Of a stretch of 14,002 nt of DNA, positions 10,216 to 14,002 are shown piece by piece. Origin of the DNA: Octopus sinensis (taxonomy: Eukaryota); NCBI RefSeq assembly GCF_006345805.1, contig NW_021825936.1:1-14002 (forward strand). Direction: 5' to 3'. Numbering within the stretch: position 1 is the first letter of the stretch; each line of letters starts with the position of its first letter. Below the pieces are notes generated by a model. It saw only the letters and a program-made list of their open reading frames with translations. It did not search any database and was not told the DNA's origin. The translations under genes and the position numbers were made by a program.

Positions 10216-11535
10216 TCACTCTTGTGTGACATCTTTATCAGGTTGTCCCTCACGTGTAGTTGGAAGAGTCTCTCCTTCCATTCCTCCTCTCCAACCTTCG
10301 CATACCTCAATCCGTTTTTTTTCCGATGATTTGAAACATTTTATGTTTGGTTTCGCCTTTATGTACCAACTACTCTCTCGTTTTTTTGTTATAAGGCAAT
10401 GCACCTATCGGTTTTTTTGAATCCTTTAATTGGGGGCTGGGGTTTAATGAAATGCTGGCCTACAAAAGTAGTGCCAGCGGGGTGGGATTGGATAATTTTT
10501 TTGTGTTGTTCTGCGTTTGTTTTTCTTTTTGTTTGGGGTGGGGAGTCCGGGGTATTGGATTTCTTCCTTTTGTTGGTTACAGTTGTATATTCCATTACTC
10601 CATTTCTTTTCCATTTGATAAAATATTTTCCACCTCGTTTTCGTTTTCGCTTTGTTTTCCATTCATTTTCTTTTCCTCCTTTTGACTTTCATTTTGCTTT
10701 TTCCGGGTATTCTCTTTTGTTGTTGCTGTGATGTCTGCTTTGTTCTCCACAGCGGTTTGAATGGGGGCATTACGGGTTTTTTCTTTTTGCACTCTGAGCG
10801 GACGTGACCCTTCTGCCCCACATTTGAAACATCTGGGCTACGTCCCTCAACCGATACCCGCGCAGTGTGTCCATCCCCCACGAAGACCTGTCTGGCAAAC
10901 TCTCCAGCGTTGCATTGTCAGCTTGAACGATCATTTCACTGCTGACCTTTCCAAAATTTGCCTCTTTCATCCACTCATGTTTAAAAGTTTAATTTCTCTT
11001 CTACGTCGAATACAACCGCTGTTGCTGCCCACATTACATCGTAACCTGTTGGTATATCCTCTATTGTTATCTTAGCTGTTCTGCGCCCTAAGTACGTGGG
11101 CAGCAACAGGATGTCTGCACTCTTCAACGTTTGAGTTGAAATTTCCTTCGCTATGCTAGCCGACTCGAAATGCGCTTCAATAGTAGCGCTTCTCACTCCT
11201 CGGCCAACATAGCGAACCTTGTTCCAATTGGTGCCATGCACCGTTCTACCAATTCATTCTTACATCTGCAATCTTTTTTTCCTTAATATTATATACCTTA
11301 TAAATTACCGTCTTCTCACGGATTGCTTTGTAAGGTGTCAGGGGGCGGTATTATTCTCGTTTCTTCTCCATTCCTTTGTATGAACTTCTGAACTTGAAGA
11401 GATCCTCCATTGTTACTTCCAGTTCTATAACATTGCCTCCACGGCTTCCGAAAAACTTTGTTTCTCCTTTGTATCCTTTGCTTTATACTTCTCCCATCTC
11501 GGGAAATCAGAATTTGACGTTAAGTCAAGATCCAT
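10216..11535 (-). pseudogene. LINE ORF1 (gag-like nucleic-acid chaperone with CCHC zinc knuckle), frameshifted; 3' end uncertain (may extend to about 10070)
   Basis: Putative ATG at 11535 (MDLDLTSNSDFPRW..), RRM-like LLLPTYLGRRTAKITIEDIP, then PRCFKCG/QKGHVRSEC (CX2CX4HX4C, 10789-10831, broken by one extra G), then a K/E/N-rich low-complexity tail. Confidence 0.82.
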
Positions 11536-11751
11536 ATATAAATGCAAGTGACTTGTCACAAGAGACAAGATAAAATCAAATCCACACTGAATTAAAGTTC
11601 ATTTAAAAAGAAATTTTCTACCACCGAAGGGCGAAAATTACTTTGTTTCACAAGTTAATACTCCAAAAATTATACGTGTAAATCCAGAACAGAACGAAAC
11701 TAACATAACAGCTTACAGCGTAAAATAATCCGACGTAATCCAAGGAAAAAT

Positions 11752-11768
11752 CAGTAGGTGTCGCTTCC
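11752..11768. repeat. LINE target-site duplication, right copy (17 bp)
   Basis: Identical to 6450-6466; followed by gacaatc.., the normal continuation of the unit seen at 12125. Confidence 0.93.
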
Positions 11769-12056
11769 GACAATCTCTATTCAATGGTTTATTTACCTAT
11801 TTCGGTGGAATACATCCACTTGTTTTCAATAATAGAATATTAAAATAACTAAGTCTTCTCTAAGAGAACAGCGGCAGCGTTCCCGGAAAATAATAGTTAT
11901 CGCCATACTAATATGGCATTCTTATAAAAATAAGAAAAAAGCTGTCCGCTTATTAGCTCTCATGAGGCCATCGCCTTAAGTTAGCTATTTGATACAAACT
12001 GTATCCATAACCTTCGAACAAGGGAGGTCAGTCACTCCACAAACACTTGACCGGCA

Positions 12057-12098
12057 GCTACAGACGCGTTTCGGGGTATTGCCCCTTTTCAATGCAGC
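12057..12098 (-). ncRNA. Minimal type I hammerhead ribozyme, U3-A8 variant (copy 2)
   Basis: Minus strand: GCUGCA-UUGAAAA-GGGG(CAAUA)CCCC-GAAAC-GC-GUC/UGUAGC. Predicted cut between 12063 and 12062. Confidence 0.85.
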
Positions 12099-12341
12099 GT
12101 AGCCAGCCAGTAGGTGTCGCTTCCGACAATCTCTGTTCGATGGTTTTATTTACCTAGTTTCGGTAGAATACATCCACTTGTTTTCATAACTATTATTTTC
12201 CGGGAACGCTGCCGCTGTTCTCTTTTAGAGAGACTTAGTTATTTTTAATATTTCTATTATTGAAACAGGGGTATGTTCCACCGAAACTAGGTTAAAAACC
12301 ATCGAACAGAGATTGTCGAAGCGACACCTACTGGCTGCTAC

Positions 12342-12383
12342 GCTGCATTGAAAAGGGGCAATACCCCGAAACGCGTCTGTAGC
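12342..12383 (+). ncRNA. Minimal type I hammerhead ribozyme, U3-A8 variant (copy 3)
   Basis: Stem I GCUGCA (12342-47) / UGUAGC (12378-83); core UUGAAAA (12348-54); stem II GGGG-CAAUA-CCCC (12355-67); GAAA (12368-71); palindromic ACGCGU; GUC triplet, predicted cut after 12377. Confidence 0.85.
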
Positions 12384-12544
12384 TGCCGGTCAAGTAGTGT
12401 GGAGCGACTGACCTCCTTGTTCGAAGGTTTATGGATACAGTTTGTGTATCAAATAGCTAACTTAAGGCGATGGCCCTCATGGAGCTAATAGCGGACAGCT
12501 TTTTCTTATTTTTATAAGAATGCCATATTAGTATGGCCGATAAC

Positions 12545-12640
12545 TATTATATATATATGATATAATATATATATATGTATATATAAATATTATATATATA
12601 TATATATTATATTATATATATATTTAATTTATATATATAT
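12545..12640. repeat. Degenerate (TA)n, right flank of the HHR array
   Basis: Direct reading. Confidence 0.9.
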
Positions 12641-13040
12641 ACATAGGTATGTTATGCTTACTGTTAAATATTTCATTTAATCTAAGCTTCCCAAACACAG
12701 ACATTATTGTAGAAATAGACACACACACATATATATATACATATACATACATACATAGATATATACACACTTACACACATATACATAGACGAATATAAAT
12801 AGACGGACGAAAACTTATACATTTATACGTAGACACTCACCTAGGACATATGCTTAAAATATATAGAGAAGCTTACACAGACGTGCATACATTCGCATAC
12901 ACAGCCTCTGCCCGACATGAGCTTTGAGTGAACTTGGGCTGCAGAAACTAATACAACCCCGTCTTATATATACATGTATTTGTGGGTTTGTGTTTGTGTG
13001 TGTGTGTGAGTATGTGAGTACGTGTGTGTGTGTCTATACG

Positions 13041-13244
13041 TCTGTGTTAGTACCCACTACCGTTTGATAATCGCTCTTGGTGTGTTTATTTCGTAGTAAC
13101 TTCACGGATCGCTAATGGTGATCGATTGATTAAACATCAAGCTTAGAATGAAATACTGAAATGGTTTCATTCGACTAACATTTCCTCACGGCGGTGCTCC
13201 ATAACGGCCGCAGTCTAATGACGGAAAACAATTAAAAGATAAAG
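13041..13244 (+). mobile_element. 3' half of a family A-related SINE, diverged
   Basis: Tail ggcggtgctccataacggccgcagtctaatgacggaaaacaattaaaagataaag matches the family A tail; preceded by (TG)n as in the other copies. Confidence 0.7.
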
Positions 13245-13245
13245 G

Positions 13246-13302
<57 letters not shown>

Positions 13303-13310
13303 TGTGGGTG
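13245..13310. repeat. (TA)n-(TG)n microsatellite
   Basis: Direct reading. Confidence 0.95.
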
Positions 13311-13386
13311 TGAGTATAATGGAGAAATTATACTAAATGTATAAATACATGATGAGTAAAGCACCGGCACAGTTTCAATTACCTTG

Positions 13387-13387
<1 letters not shown>

Positions 13388-13436
<49 letters not shown>

Positions 13437-13440
13437 TATA
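13388..13440. repeat. (TA)n microsatellite
   Basis: Direct reading. Confidence 0.95.
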
Positions 13441-13445
13441 CCCGT

Positions 13446-13670
13446 TTACTCTTTTTACTCTTTTACTGGGTTCAGTCACTTGACTGTGGCCATCCTGGAG
13501 AACCGCCATTAGTCGAGCAAATCGACCCCAGGACTTATTCTTTGTAAGCCTAGTACTTTTCTATCGGTCCTTTTTGCCGAACCGCTAAGTTTCGGGGACG
13601 TAAACACACCAGGATCGGTTGTCAAGCGGGGAAAATACAGACACACAAACATATACACACTCATACATAC

Positions 13671-13714
<44 letters not shown>

Positions 13715-13914
13715 ATATATATATATATATATAGATATATATATATATATATCTATATATAACACTATACATTATACGACGGGCCTATTTCAGTTTCCGT
13801 CCTACCAAATCCACTCACAAGGCTGTAGTCGGCCGCGAGTCTATATTAAGACACTGAACCCCGAAACATGTGGTTCGAAGCAGCTATTTACCACCAGCCG
13901 GGCACTCCTACGCC
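13446..13914 (-). mobile_element. tRNA-derived SINE, family A, near full length with expanded internal microsatellite and a short deletion next to the B box
   Basis: Colinear with 3927-4326; the internal (TACA)n/(TA)n spans about 13650-13775; the segment between aagacac and tgaacc (cttgcccaag..gtggga in the full copy) is missing. Confidence 0.88.
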
Positions 13915-13915
13915 G

Positions 13916-13938
13916 ATATTATATATATATATATGGAT

Positions 13939-14002
<64 letters not shown>
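13916..14002. repeat. (TA)n microsatellite running to the window end
   Basis: Direct reading. Confidence 0.97.

Larger units (their letters stand above)
6467..11751 (-). mobile_element. Full-length L1-superfamily (Tx1-like) non-LTR retrotransposon, 5285 bp
   Basis: ORF1 (gag-like, CCHC) plus ORF2 (APE-EN, RT, C-terminal zinc finger), short 5' and 3' UTRs, AATAAA at 6472-6477 on the minus strand, bounded by a perfect 17-bp TSD. Confidence 0.93.
6175..12550. mobile_element. Array of ~355-bp hammerhead-containing units (non-LTR retrozyme or Penelope-like pseudo-LTR type, family 1), interrupted by a LINE
   Basis: Unit 1 = 6175-6466 plus 11769-11831 (split by the LINE); unit 2 = 11832-12186 (direct); unit 3 = 12187-12550 (inverted, permuted). 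The units are near-identical by eye, each has one HHR, none has an ORF, and (TA)n flanks both ends. Confidence 0.88.

Noticed and set aside
7947-11573. Plus-strand ORFs (7947-8171, 8556-8765, 10058-10420, 10399-10731, 10761-11075, 11376-11573)
   Set aside because: Antisense shadows of LINE ORF1/ORF2 with no independent motifs.
11536-11751. Internal promoter in the LINE 5' UTR
   Set aside because: No CpG-rich or recognisable promoter motif can be supported from the sequence alone.
6175-12550. CRISPR array or LTR retrotransposon (direct repeats flanking gag-pol-like ORFs)
   Set aside because: No repeat-spacer periodicity. The flanking repeats are one unit split at a TSD rather than identical TG..CA LTRs, and ORF2 has an APE endonuclease with no protease or integrase.

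Overview
AT-rich, microsatellite-dense eukaryotic DNA with no host gene that I can support. The SINE families and compound microsatellites look like an octopus/cephalopod genome (inference, not verified). The centre is a nested retroelement structure. An array of ~355-bp non-coding units, each carrying a minimal type I hammerhead ribozyme (HHR) with an unusual compensatory U3-A8 core (UUGAAAA instead of CUGANGA), sits in a (TA)n tract as two direct units plus one inverted, circularly permuted unit (6175-12550). A full-length L1/Tx1-type LINE (6467-11751, minus strand; gag-like ORF1 with CCHC knuckle, ORF2 with APE endonuclease, RT and C-terminal zinc finger) is inserted in the first unit with a perfect 17-bp target-site duplication, 9 nt upstream of one hammerhead, so it is bracketed by two same-sense ribozymes. 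A fourth hammerhead from an unrelated family (canonical CUGAAGA core) lies at 4828-4870 in a separate ~250-bp insert between (TA)n tracts. The rest is tRNA-derived SINEs (two families), one clear and one doubtful hAT-type MITE, and microsatellites.
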